Of a DNA stretch of 64,000 nucleotides, positions 1-13,019 are shown piece by piece. Made by a program: the position numbers and the translations under genes. The stretch is from the NCBI RefSeq assembly GCF_006345805.1, contig NC_042998.1, positions 186,001 to 250,000 of the forward strand, given 5' to 3'. Each line of letters opens with the position of its first letter. Position 1 is the stretch's first letter. The notes beneath the pieces are model-generated. The model saw nothing but the letters and a program-made list of their open reading frames with translations. It ran no database searches and had not been told where the DNA came from. This stretch comes from Octopus sinensis (Eukaryota).

Positions 1-4
1 ATGT

Positions 5-42
<38 letters not shown>

Positions 43-316
43 AAGACATAACAATGAAAAATGGAGAGTTATACACACCTTGAAAGTTTATTTAATAAAA
101 ATACATTTTCTTCATATTACATTCTGACATGTGTTTCTGCTGAATAAGCGTCTTTGATATAATAGCTTTGTGTATTTTAAGCAGTTCTAAATATTTCCTA
201 TCATTTGATGTGATTAGCCAAATTTGGATTTTATCAGAGTGCTCGTAAGGTATATCTGAGGAATTATTTCTGAGTGAGACTTTAGAAAAGTTGGTAGTTT
301 TGGAAAAGATAGACAG

Positions 317-319
<3 letters not shown>

Positions 320-363
<44 letters not shown>

Positions 364-600
364 CAGATAGATAGAGATAGAGAGAGAGAGAGAGACAGGG
401 GAGAGAGGAGGGAGAACAAGAAAAACAGAAAAGAGTAAAATGAGCAAAAACAGAAATAAGAGAAAAACACAATCAAGTGAGAAAAAGAAATTGAACCAAA
501 ACAGAGAGAAGAAAACAGAACCAAGAGAGAAAGGAAACTGAAATGATGAAGTGTGGGAAAGTGGGAAAGAACTAACAGATTTCAAGGAAGCAGCAAATAA
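320..600. repeat. (TA)n followed by (GA)n and a purine-rich low-complexity tract
   Basis: Direct reading. Similar GA tracts lie at 18845-18910, 30600-30720 and 50845-50925. Confidence 0.9.
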
Positions 601-2327
601 GGATAGGTAAACAATGTAGTTAGATCAAGTTTTCTTAGAAAAACTCTGGCAACATGCACGAAAAGTGGTTATTTAATATTAAAAACAGGATGCAATAAGT
701 CATGTAGTTGTTCACTCTGAGTTTTATATAATGGTATGAAACAGTTAAACAATGTCCAAGTTAATAGTTTGGTTAGAGATTAAAGAAGAAGCTAATCCCA
801 ATAGGTTCAATGACAACAGATTAAAAACAGCAATGATAGAATTTTGAGGCTGAACTTTGAACCAAATTAAATCCCTCTGCCTTTTTCTTATAATAATTTT
901 TAAAAAATATATATTTCTCTGGCACTGAAGAATTACTAAAGATGTTGAGATTTCAAACATCTCCAGGTAAAGAAAACAGAAGAATTTGGGCTTGGTCCTC
1001 AAAGATGCTCTAAACTGTGCATGCAGGAAATATTCATTAAAAAGCTTGCTAAAGAGTATTCATGAAAAACTATTTACTAAAGTGAATAGCATGCTGATTT
1101 GAATGAATGATGCTGAAAGGGACTAGTTTTGGCAAAACAAGGTGCAATAGGAAGAATGTTTGTTTCTGTCTTCGAAGCCAACGTAGAGGAGGTTGGTTAG
1201 ATGCTGTTAATGTCTTATGCTGACTCTATATAACTTAACAATTAAAGTTATTTCCTTCTGTTAATCCTAGTCAGCCGTTAATGGCTTAAAGTATGAAATG
1301 CACAGCAAAAGGAATCAATCAGAAAAAGGAAAAGCAGTTGGTTGGAGGTATGGTTAGAAATGGTGCAGAAAGGAATTATAAAAAGATGTACTCACCGAAA
1401 GCTATTAGGGACTGCTGTGTGCCTTGGTAACTGCTAAGTCATTGGATGCCAATGATTTGTCAAGGATTCATTTTTGTACATTTTTGTTTTGTATTGACAA
1501 GACATTCCCCATAAAACTGTGTCAAATTTCAACTTTTATAAATTTGAATTTCATTTTTTTAATTTTTATTTTTGTTAATTCAAGAATTGTGAAAAATATG
1601 TTCAGAGAATAATTTAGTATGGACGCCAAAAATTTCAACGTGTTTTCTATTTGGTTGTATAAAATACATTAATAAATTATCCTTCAGACTGATTCTAATG
1701 GAGTCATTGTGTTTAACTAAACTTAAGCTATTAAATGGATTATGTAATTCAAAGTAATGACTACATTGCATGAAGAAAGAATTGGTAACTGCTACAGGTA
1801 ACACAAGTGCAGGAAAGAGGAAATTGCAATGGGAAAGAAATAATTTGACAAAATTGAATCATCAAACAGTATAGTTTACTAAAATTCAGAATAGGTTGCT
1901 GCATATATGAATTACAAAACAGCTATGAAGTCTATGAACTAGATTTGATCCAGATTCTTACAGAGAATATTACAGAATGTAATAGAAGCCATCTTTAAAA
2001 AAGAAATATTAAATGAAATGACTATGCTGACAGATTGTGAACTTCAAAATTACTTTTACCTTAAATAATTATATTATAAATGATTGCAAGACCAAGAGGT
2101 TATTTCAGTCCAATATATATGTACATATTTATGTTATATATGTATGTGTATGTAATTATTGAGTGAGGACTAGTGTAAATGCTTGTAACTTTTTTTACAA
2201 CATCTTGGCAGAGACTTTATTTATTTGACAAAATAGACCCCAAAAGAAGCAAGTCCAAAGATTTGCGAGAAATGCCCAGTAATGATTTCTCTTACCTTAA
2301 AATTACACACACACACACACACACACA

Positions 2328-2385
<58 letters not shown>

Positions 2386-2740
2386 TGGCTTGAAACATCA
2401 AAGACTTCTTCCATTTTTTTTTTAGTGTCAAACTAATACACCCCTGCTTGTTGTTCCCTCACCTATCTTTGTCTTTTGGTTTTGTATTATTTTGAACCAT
2501 ATATAAATAAGTGTGTGTGTGTATATAAAAGCGAATTTGGATGGATCTATTATCCAGGCAGATACCATATTAGATCTCAGTTATGTTCCAGTTAATGGCT
2601 AACCACAACGATCAGTATCTAACATCTGTGACCACATTTCATTGTTAGTTGCTCAGTGAATTCTTCTGATGGGTAAATTCGTGTTCTCTTTGCTGGACAG
2701 TAAAAATTGTCTGGAGTGTATATTAATATTAATAACAAAG

Positions 2741-2923
2741 AATATGGAGACATATGTCCACAAAATTTATTTTATAGTTATATACAACATATTATAATGA
2801 CCTAAACGTGTTTCCACTGCAGGACTACTCACTGTTGCAAATGTGGCAGAAACACGTGTAGGTTATTATAATACCCTGTATATAACTATAAAAAAAATTT
2901 TGTGGATGTATAAGTCTCATATT
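2741..2923. repeat. Inverted repeat element (arms about 74 bp, loop 34 bp)
   Basis: 2741-2814 pairs with 2849-2923. The inner arm end reads GAAACACGTGTA. Confidence 0.8.
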
Positions 2924-3177
2924 TTTTAAATTGAACTGATTTTTGATTAAATTTAAATTTAATCGTTATTCAAATTTAATTATAGCCATGAAACGTACAT
3001 AGTTTTTTAAAATTATTATATATTGATTATTCATTTTTATACTATTTGTGATCTAGTTATCTGTTATAAAATATATTTTATTCTTTTATTTATGATTTGG
3101 TTTATGTCTACCATTGTTTGAATTGCATAATAGTGGTTCTTTTCTCTAATTTATATTTTATATATTTATACTGTGAA

Positions 3178-3224
<47 letters not shown>

Positions 3225-3605
3225 CATATATAGGCTCGAAACGTAAAAGACTTTTTCTATTCCTGAGCATTATATTAATACATCTGTTTGTTTTGTACTC
3301 CACCTGTCTTCATCTTTTGTTTTTTTCATAAACTCTCCCTATATATATATATATATATATATCAATCAATCACTGTATCACTCCGCTGACCATATTATTG
3401 GATGATATTATATATGGCTGGTCACAATGTGCTTCTACATATTGTTATAACTTTCAAATGCTGTTGGTCTGCTGGTTAGGCAGGCAAGTCTATGCCAATA
3501 TAAGTAATGGAGATTGCAACAGTACCCTTGAATGAGACACCAATCCATTGCAGGGTTATCTGTTTACTGCTGAGTGGACTTGAGCAACATGAAATGAAGT
3601 ATTTT

Positions 3606-4020
3606 TACTCTTTTACTTGTTCCAGTCATTTAACTGTACCCATGCTGGAGCACCGCCTTCAGTCGAGCAAATCGAACCCAGAACTTATTCTTTGTAAGCC
3701 TAGTACTTATTCTATCGGTCTCTTTTGCTCTTTTGCCAAACCGCTAAGTTACAGGGACATAAACAAACCAGCATCGGTTGTCAAGCGATGTTGGGGGGAA
3801 CAAACACAAATACACAAAGCGAATTACACACACACACAACATATATATATATATATATACATATATATATGATGGGCTTCTTACCAAATTCACTCACAAG
3901 GTTTTGGTCGGCCCGAGGCTATAGTAGATGTCACTTGCCCAAGGTGCCACGCAGTGGGACTGAATCCAGAACCATGTGGTTGGTAAGCAAGCTACTTACC
4001 ACTCAGCCACTCCTATGCCT
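3606..4020 (-). mobile_element. tRNA-derived SINE family A (head, internal TA/CA microsatellite, tail)
   Basis: Minus-strand head ggcataggagtggctgagtggtaag...ggttctggattcagtccc has A/B-box-like motifs. About 12 homologous copies occur in the window. Confidence 0.85.
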
Positions 4021-4368
4021 ATTTTTCTCAAGAACACAACACACCTCTCAGTCTGGGAATTAAAATCATGATCTTGGGGATTGTGAGCTCAACTCCCAAA
4101 TCACTAAGTCACATATCTTCACACACACACACACACATTTGCATATATACAATATCGTGATAATGATATTTAATAAATTCATTGTGCACAACTTAGTGAT
4201 TTCAGATAATCTGGAGTGTAAGTTAATATACCCATTTTAATAAACATACTATTTTAGCCTCACTGTGTAAAATAATTGCAGTGGTTACACTCTATGGGGT
4301 AACCAATGTGTTTACTTTTAGCAGTGAGAATGTTTATTAAAAGAGTATATTTTACAAATTATATATAT

Positions 4369-4399
<31 letters not shown>

Positions 4400-4458
4400 C
4401 ATACATAAATATATTTATATACATATATATACATACATAAATATATATATATATGGTG

Positions 4459-4508
<50 letters not shown>

Positions 4509-5216
4509 ATGTATACATATATATATAGATCTCACTATATATATGCATATGAATGTATTGTATACATAAATATAGGTTATTTAAACTGAATATGTATCTT
4601 GTGACTGCAGCTGAGCAAACTAGCAAGAATGCTTCCAAAAGTTGGTAATATAAAATATGCTAATGTCAGAAAGTCTTCCAAAAGTATACAGCCAAGAAAT
4701 AACCAATATTGCAGAGAAAAAGTATTGTGAAAAGGAAAAAAAAAATCATAATCAACAGATAGTACCTTTACATTAAGATATAAAAGAACCAGTTGGAAAT
4801 CTAGAATTACATATAATCCACTTTAGAAATACCTAATTGGTTACCATCCTTGGACGATTAGAAGACAAAATACATGAACATTAAATGGTAAGATTTAATG
4901 ACCTTTTACAGAAATAGTAAAAATCAACGAACGTGGTATGAAGGTCATGTTTAAGTACACTAGACCAGGTTATCTATATTGACAAGATTGTCTCCAATAT
5001 GATAAGAGCTGTGTGTAAAAAGCAGCAATATTTCATAATGTTATATACATTATGCTGTGTGCTAGTGTTGGAAATCTGTCTCTTACACACACACACATAC
5101 ACGAACAGATCCACAGAATGTACCTAACTGTGTTCCTAATCACAAAACACCAATATTTTTGCTTTGCTATTGATAAAACCACAATAGCCAATGTCTTTCT
5201 GTTCTGAAAATTTTAT

Positions 5217-5570
5217 AGGTACAGACATGGCTGTATGGTAAGGAGTTTTCTTTCCAACCATATGGTTCTGGGTTCTGTTCCATTAGTTGGCACATTGGGA
5301 AAGTGTCTTCTACTATAGCCCCAGGCTAACCAAAGCTTTGTGAGTGGATTTGGTACATGGAAACTGCAAGAAACCTATCATATATATATGTGTGTGTGTG
5401 CATGTGTGTGTTTGTCTCTTATCACTGCTTGAAAACTTGTGTTGGTCTGTTTATATCTGTGTAACTTAGTGGTTTGGTAAGAGAGAGACCAATAAAATAA
5501 ATACCAGGCTTTAATAAATAACTACTGGGGTTGATTCATTCAACTAAAAATTCCTCAAGGCAGTGCTTCA
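5217..5570 (+). mobile_element. SINE family A (diverged)
   Basis: Collinear with the other family A copies. Confidence 0.7.
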
Positions 5571-6087
5571 CCAACTTAACACACAATGCAACAATTACTT
5601 ATTGTTCTCCAGCACTGATGCCAACAGTAGTTATTAAATAAAAAAATTCCCATTATACATCGTTATTTACAGAATAAAAATAATGTTAGACAGGAAGACT
5701 GCAAGGTGGGCCTGTGTGAATTAACGAACATTCAGTGATAAGCTGGCACCCAACAGATTCAGTCATTTGTGAATCTACTTATAATGTCCATAAATGTTAA
5801 ACTATTGAAATCTGATGACTGTCACCACTGAGATAACAACTGATAAAAGCAGATGTTAATATTCAACATAGGCTACGCCCTTAATTGTTTATAGGCCACG
5901 CCCTTAATTGTTTTAGGTGTGAACAGATATGAATAGAAAAAGCACTGCGTTTAGAATATTAGAGTCATTTGGCAGATAAGATTTACTTCATACACATCTG
6001 TACATTTACTGATGTTCTTCATAATGGTATGTTAGGCACACCAATACACTGTGTTGTAGCTAAATCCTAAGAGTACTTCTTCCTGTC

Positions 6088-6290
6088 ACATCATCACCAT
6101 CAGCATTATTTAGCATCCATTTTCCATGCTGGCACGGGTTAGACAGTTTGACTGGAACTGGTAAGCCAGAGACCTGTATCAGGCTCCAATCTGATTCTGG
6201 CTTGGCTTCTACAGCTGGATGCCCTTCCTAATGCCAATCACTCCAAGAGTGTAGTGGATGTCTTTTACATGTCACTGTCACCTTCACAGG
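6088..6290 (-). mobile_element. RTE-type 3' tail fragment
   Basis: catcatcaccatcagcattatttagcatccatttccatgctggcacgggttagacag..., the same family as 9838-10003. Similar diverged copies lie at about 31185-31385 (+) and 37613-37800 (-). Confidence 0.7.
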
Positions 6291-6302
6291 TACCTTTTTT
6301 AA

Positions 6303-6718
6303 ACTCTTTACTCTTTTACTTGTCTCAGTCATTTGACTGTGGCTATGCTGGAGCACCGCCTTTAGTTGAGCAAATCAACCCCAGGACTTATTCTTTGGAA
6401 GCCTAGTACTTATTCTATCGGTCTCTTTTTACTGAACTGCTAAGTTACGGGGGATGTAAACAAACCAGCATCGGTTGTCAAGCGATGTTGGGGGGGACAA
6501 ACACAGACACACAAACATATACACATACATGTACATACACATATATTCATATATACGACGGGCTTCTTTCAGTTTCTGTCTACCAAATCCACTCACAAGG
6601 CTTTGGTCGGCCTGAGGCTATAGAAGACTCCATGGCCCAAGATGCCATGGAGAGGGACTGAACCCGGAACCATGTGGTTTGTAAGCAAGCTACTTACCAC
6701 ACAGCCACTCCTATGCCT
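6303..6718 (-). mobile_element. SINE family A
   Basis: Near-identical to 27043-27475. Confidence 0.88.
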
Positions 6719-7439
6719 ATGAAGATTCGCCTGTGAAGATTCTCAATGGTAATTGTTTTTTCTTCTTTTTTTCTTGCACAATAAATATAAGATGTGATAA
6801 ATGGAGGGGATTCTATACACACAAACATGCATATGCAATATTTAAGGGTGAAAGCATGTACCCTCTTCTTAGGGTATTCAGTCATTATTGTAAGGTCTTA
6901 GGTCTTGACTCAGTTTTATTGGGTATTTGAGTAAGGTCCCTCATTTCGCATGGTTCCAGTCTACTCAGTTGAAATGAATACCAGCTACAGAGGGAGGTTA
7001 AAATTATGAAGGACAGTACTCCATCCAGGAAGGAATTTTGTACTCTCAGTTGCTATGAGCCTTGGCAACCAATGCAGGCTTTGGGCAAATGAGACTGTTG
7101 GCTAAAGTCAAATTTTAACTTTTAATATTTAACCCTTTTGAGACACACAGTGTTTTGGTATGTGTAGCCAAAAAAGACCCAAATTTTTTTTCTGTTGAGA
7201 TTGAAATTAATGGTTCATGTAGAAAATAAAGGATAACGTGCCTAAAACTACTGATAAACAGTACAATATATCTGTCACAATAAGAAAACCTAAAACAACA
7301 CAATATATGTAAATAAAGAAAATAATAAGCATAAATGTTTCTGTGAAAAAAACAAGAAAACATGTACTGAAAGACGATCTCTAATTGGCTATTACTCTTC
7401 AAAACCAACCATTCACAATGTTTGTTCCATCAGGCTGAT

Positions 7440-7750
7440 GGATCAGCCTCAAAGTCCTTTCAGCTTGTATCACTTGGGCCAATCAATTGGTCTGGGTATC
7501 CCAATAGGGTTAAGGTGTGTCCATAGACTTTGAACACCATACTTGACTGGTAACTGGCAACATAGTTCATGTTTGGTTTGAACTCTTTTACAGTTTGATG
7601 CTTGTAAGGAAAATGTAAAGAATTCCAGAATGTTGCAGTTTTGGGGAATGGAGAGGAGCAGTGGCTGAAATGCAGCAAGAGTATCTCTACCATCAGTACT
7701 CTTCTCATTAGTGTTCTTTTACGCATGCTTGCTTGAGAGAGTGTGTTTTC
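7440..7750 (-). mobile_element. Possible CR1/L2-like LINE 3' end (decayed)
   Basis: SSPFPKTATFWNSL...EFKPNMN resembles the FFPRT..LWNSL...FK C-terminal motif of CR1/L2-group ORF2 proteins. Confidence 0.45.
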
Positions 7751-7761
7751 TTTAGGACAGC

Positions 7762-8226
7762 ATGCCACCAGTTGTTATGGTCACTTGTGATCTCCCTTGT
7801 AAGATTCAGCATCTTGAGATCAATTTTCACCACTTGTTCCCATGTCTCTCAAGGTCTTCTACAGGAACACTCAGTATAGTTCTATGCATTACAACACAGT
7901 ATTTTCTCTTGCAAACTACATCTGATTCCTCTTATGCGATGCTCCTTTCTCAGGTCATTCACACTGCATCATCCATGCACACTGATAATACACCTCAGGT
8001 AAAACAGAGTAACCTTGTGGCCTTGTTAATTTCTAGCCTTTGCAGATAGTTTGAATTCAGGGCCCAGGTGACTGGGTCTTTAATTGCAGCAGAGGGAGTA
8101 GCTCCCTGACTTTTTCCTCTCTTACCCAGGCACCTACACTTACAGAACTACTGGTTAGGTCACCCAGGTAACGAAAACAATTAGTTACTTCTAGTGAGCC
8201 TTCTGAGCAGCTGAGAGTGTTTTTCA
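7762..8226 (-). mobile_element. Decayed RTE-clade LINE RT fragment
   Basis: EGSLEVTNCFRYLGD ... KVRELLPLL motifs, homologous to the 11.0-11.9 kb copy. Confidence 0.65.
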
Positions 8227-8252
8227 GGCACACACATATACACACACACCTC

Positions 8253-8330
8253 ATACATACATACATACATACATACATACATACATACATACATACATAC
8301 ATACATACATACATACATACATACATACAT
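8253..8330. repeat. (CATA)n microsatellite
   Basis: Direct reading. Confidence 0.97.
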
Positions 8331-9046
8331 GTAAGTGATGATATATGAGTGATTATGTAAGTGAATTTAATACTTTAGATGCATTCCCAGAATTACTTTG
8401 TGTGTTATATAACAAATATTTCTTAATACAACAGATACTAACAAAAACGTATTTGACACTAAATATCTGATTGCAACATTGATGATGATGGCTTCTTGTG
8501 TTAAGGGTTAATTTGCTGATTAACTCTCCAAGCACATAATGGAGGTATCTAGTTTATCAATTACGAAAAAAAATGAAAATCAAAGCTTGAGCCAGGACAA
8601 ATTTTTTGGGGTGGAGAATATAAATGGACATAAGTAATAACTAATACAGTTTACAGTTGGTTGAATTTTCGGGTCATATAACTTCTCATCAATAACACAT
8701 ATTACTATGATGGATACGTGTAAATATGACAGCATCTACAGTTGTTATTTAAATAATAACTAAAGAGAAAGAAAATCTACTATAACTCTATCAGGCTCCT
8801 GTCCTCTTTTACTGACATAAATAAAATAAAAGCTTTTATGATAAGAATTTGAAGATTTTTTTATTACTTTTAAATATATAAGAAACTCATAGTTAAAAAG
8901 AACAACAAACTTGTTTACCTGCTAGTAAGAAATTTTCTATGTATTGTAATAAGGTTTGTAATCTCTGTATGGCTACTAAACAAATAAAAGCACAAACTGA
9001 ATGCTGGAGTTATTAACACACATGTGCACACACATACACACACACA

Positions 9047-9091
<45 letters not shown>

Positions 9092-9233
9092 GAGGCAGAG
9101 AATGACATATATTCTAGATATAACAAATAGTTATTACTGCATTTACACACATATTCATACATAAACAGCAACAAAGCAGCCTCTATACATACACATAAGT
9201 ACATGTATGCATACACACATACACATACATAAA

Positions 9234-9269
<36 letters not shown>

Positions 9270-9294
9270 GAAGGTTGAAAAGGAACACACGAGT

Positions 9295-9840
9295 TGATAT
9301 GTATAAGGAAAATATAAAAAAGGTAGAAAATGTTAAAATAATTTTATCATGAAGAACATTTTAGTACCAGTTTCAGTCTTTGCGACTTTTTCAACTTAGA
9401 GTAAAGCATGAAAAACGCTTTTTAAAAAGATATTTCCATAGTTTTCAAATGCAAGGGACATTTTCCTTTTTTCCTGTCTGTCTCTGTCTCTCTTTTTAAC
9501 TCTTGTGGGTTCTAGGTAGTTAGCAGCAACTAGTTTGATATGAATTCTTGTCTTTTGATTGTTTAAGCAGCAGTTTGCTTACTAACTACCGAGAACCAAC
9601 AAGAGTTAAAAAGAGAGACAGAGACAGACAGGAAAAAAGGAAAATGTCCCTTACATTTGAAAACTATGGAAATATTTTTTTTAAAGTGTTTCATTTAATT
9701 TTTCCACAATTTAATTGTTTTTCATGTTTTACTCCAAGTTGAAAAAGTCGCAAAGACTGAAACTGGTACTAAAATGTTCTTCATGATAAAATTATTTTAG
9801 CATTTTCTACCTTTTTTTTATTTTTCTTATATATATATCA
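9295..9840. repeat. Long inverted repeat element (arms about 235-270 bp)
   Basis: 9295-9531 pairs with 9572-9840. The right arm has an insertion of about 30 bp. Confidence 0.92.
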
Positions 9841-10520
9841 TCATCATCATCATCATTTAGCGTCCGTTCTCCATGCTAGCATGGGTTGGACGGTTCAACT
9901 GGGGTCTGTGAAGCTGGAAGGCTTCATCAGGCCCAGTCAGATCTGGCAGTGTTTCTACGGCTGGATGCCTTTCCTAACGCCAACCACTCCGTGAGTGTAG
10001 TGGGTGCTTTTTACGTGCCACCTGCACAGGTGCCAGACAGAGCTGGCAAACGGCCACGAATGGATGGTGCTTTTACGTGTCACCGGCACGGGGGCCAGGC
10101 GAGGCTGGCAACGGACACGAACGGATGGTGCTTTTACGTGCCACCAACACGGGGGCCAGACAGAGCTGGCAAACGGCCACGAACGGATGGTGCTTTTACG
10201 TGTCACCGGCACGGGGGCCAGGCGAGGCTGGCAACGGGCACGAACGGATGGTGCTTTTACATGCCACCGACATGGGGGCCAGACAGGCTGGCAAACGGCC
10301 ACGAACGGATGGTGCTTTTACGTGTCACCGGCACGGGGGCCAGGCGAGGCTGGCAACGGACACGAACGGATGGTGCTTTTACATGTCACCGACATGGGGG
10401 CCAGACAGGGCTGGCAAACGGCCACGAACGGATGGTGCTTTTACGTGTCACCGGCACGGGGGCCAGACAGAGCTGGCAAACGGCCACGAACGGATGGTGC
10501 TTTTACGTGTCACCGGCACA
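9838..10520 (-). mobile_element. RTE-type 3' tail with an expanded 61-63 bp minisatellite
   Basis: (cat)n-ttagcgtccgttctccatgctagcatgggttggacgg... is the tail shared with the 11 kb and 13 kb RTE copies. It is followed by 8 full units and 1 partial unit at 10004-10520. Confidence 0.85.
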
Positions 10521-11001
10521 TACATATTCACTATTTTTGGATATGAAACTGTAAGTGACGAAATTTTACTGTAGTCGGTTTGTTAAAATGTTTGTACATG
10601 TGTATACACACATATACTGGTATACAGACATATGCAGATACACAGTTCCAGCATATATTCATATACATATACATACAACTACATTTTATACATACATAAT
10701 GTATTATGTAAATGTACACATATTTCCCTGCACATACTCATATACAAACACAGGTGCTCACAGTCATGTATATATTTATATATGTATGTATGTAAATGTG
10801 TATATATATGTATATTGTATACAGAGCAAGTGTGACTTCAGATTTCATCATATTAGCTTTGATAGTATGACAGAATAAATCCCAAAAGTATGGTAGACTA
10901 AACAGAGATACACTAGACTAAAGTAATTGTGGTAAGGCCATGTAAGAATAAATTAACACATATGTATGTGTGTGTGTGTGTTGTGTGTGTGTGTATGTAT
11001 A

Positions 11002-11895
11002 TCATCATCATGATTTAGTGCCCACTTTCCATGCTGGCATGGGTTAGATGGTTTGACTGGAACTCATAAGTCAGAGAATTGCACCAGGTTCCGGTCTGAT
11101 TTTGGCTTGCTTTCTATGGCTAGATGACCTTCCTAATGCCAACCACTCTGAGAGTGTAGTGGGTACCTTTTACATGTTACTGGCATGGGTGCATTTACAT
11201 GTCACCAGCATGGGTTCTGTTACACGTCACTGGCTTGGGTGTTTTTTATGTGTCACTGGCACCGGCCACAACTATGGTTTCACTTGGTTTGACATACTTT
11301 CTCCAGTAGAGCAAATTACCAAAGGTCACAATCACTTTTCAATGCCTCTGTGAGACTCAAAATCCAAGAGTGACACTGACATTGGCCACAACTACAATTT
11401 CACTTGGCTTGATGAGTTTTCTCAAGCACAGCATATCACCAAAAGCCTTGGTCACTTGTCATCACTTGCATGAGACCCAACATTCATAGATCATGCTTCA
11501 CCACCTCATCCCATGTCTTCCTGGGTTTACCTCTTCCACAGGTTCCCTCCACAGTTAGAGATTGGCACATCTTTATGCAACTGTCTTCATCCATATGCAT
11601 CACATGACCATACCAGTACAGTTACCTCTTTTGCACACCCTATCTGATGCCTCTTATGCCCAATTTTTCTCTTAAGACACTTACACTCTGTTGTACATGC
11701 AAACTGACTTTGCACATCCAGTGGAGTATATTAAATTCCTTTCTTTCAATCCTTTGCATGTCCTATGCATTCATAACTCATGTTTCTCTGCTGTGTAACA
11801 TGGCTATTCACGCATAGACATCCTAAAATCTGCCTTTCACTCTGAGGTAGAGGCCCTTTGTTGCCAACAAAGGTAGAAGCTCTCTGAACTTTACT
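11002..11895 (-). mobile_element. RTE LINE 3' portion with (GAT)n-ending tail
   Basis: Minus strand reads KFRELLPLLATKGL...LREKLGIRGIR...WYGHVMHMDEDSC...TCGRGKPRKTWDEVVKHDL with stops, then a duplicated ORF end and the shared tail ending at the (cat)n at about 11002. Confidence 0.85.
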
Positions 11896-11917
11896 CTGCC
11901 TATTCTTATTCTAACAC

Positions 11918-11973
<56 letters not shown>

Positions 11974-12222
11974 TGTCCACTCGTGACCGAGGAAGACCAT
12001 TGCTAACCTTCAGAAACATTGTGCACTCTAGGACTAATTTCTAATTTGCATCTGCAGCTCCATTGGATACTGTGCACAATCTGGCAACTGTTGAGGCTCA
12101 AATGACAAAAAATAAAAAAAAAAGAGAATAAATGAGAAGAAAATGTTGAAGAGCAGGACACTTGTTATGTCCCTTCAACTTGTTAAATGAAAAATATTCT
12201 TAAAGTTTAGTGTTTACATCTT

Positions 12223-12534
12223 AAGAGATATATCACCCACCAATATTCTTTTAATCATGTAGAGAAAAAGGAAAGCACAGAAGTAGTAAGCCAAATCTGG
12301 AGCCTGAAGGGCAGCTATATACCACATACCATCAAGTGGAACATTATAGAGAGTTCTAGGCCATACATTAATGAGTCAAAATGCAAGTTATGTATAGCAG
12401 AAAGAACACACATCCTTATTAAGTTAAAGAACTGCACCATTCTTCTAAGCTTGAGATCAGAAATATTTACAAAATGTTTGCCTCTCAACAAGTTTCTGTT
12501 ATTGAACTGGAAGACACCCTCCTCCCGAAATTAG
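12223..12534 (+). mobile_element. Penelope-like element GIY-YIG endonuclease C-terminal remnant
   Basis: Open frame lacking an ATG (so absent from the ORF track): KRYITHQYSFNHVEKKESTEVVSQIWSLK...IKWNII...PY...KCKLCIAERTHIL...LRSEIFTKCLPLNKFLL. This matches the PLE pattern R..NH..SF / IW.LK / IKW.I / C.LC..E / RSE....C. Confidence 0.75.
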
Positions 12535-12963
12535 ATACACAGTTTAACACACTTTAGTCTTTTCTCATTTAACTACTATCACTAGGCATAATTTTATTTT
12601 TAGATTAACAATATTCTTCATTTAATGGATTAAAGAAACAGAACCGTTATGCTCTTTTCATTGAGAATTTATTCTTGTCGTAGTTTTTTTCCTAATTTTT
12701 AAATTGTATTTCTTTATGGAATAGCCATATCATTTGAGCTTGAATGATTGCTGGATCATGCACAGTATGCTATACAAGCCCATCCAATGACTGCACTATC
12801 TGAGCAGGAAATGTGTGTAACTGCTAATCAAGATAGGTTTTTTTTTGTTTCTCTTGTTTTTTTTTCTCTCATCTCTCAATCTGTTTTTGGTCTTTATTCC
12901 TTTCTGTATAAGAACATAGGTTTGAAATGTCAAAGACTATTCCATTTTTCCTGAGCAGTTTTG

Positions 12964-13002
<39 letters not shown>

Positions 13003-13019
13003 ATATATGATATATGATC

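Noticed and set aside
600-2100. Possible highly decayed LINE or transposase coding sequence
   Set aside because: The composition is suggestive, but no ordered set of diagnostic motifs could be recovered by eye.
4600-5050. Possible second Penelope endonuclease remnant
   Set aside because: The similarity is too weak to support without a profile search.
5870-5920. 24-bp tandem duplication containing a CCACGCCC (Sp/KLF-like) motif
   Set aside because: Only two units, with no other promoter evidence. It is probably internal to an unclassified repeat.
10004-10520. CRISPR-like appearance of regularly spaced repeats (also 25593-25860)
   Set aside because: The units are contiguous tandem copies without unique spacers, the context is eukaryotic, and there are no cas genes.
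9886-10574. Overlapping 115-222 aa ORFs with repeated peptides
   Set aside because: They arise from the GC-rich 61-63 bp minisatellite in an RTE tail. They are open in several frames and on both strands, with no domain signature.
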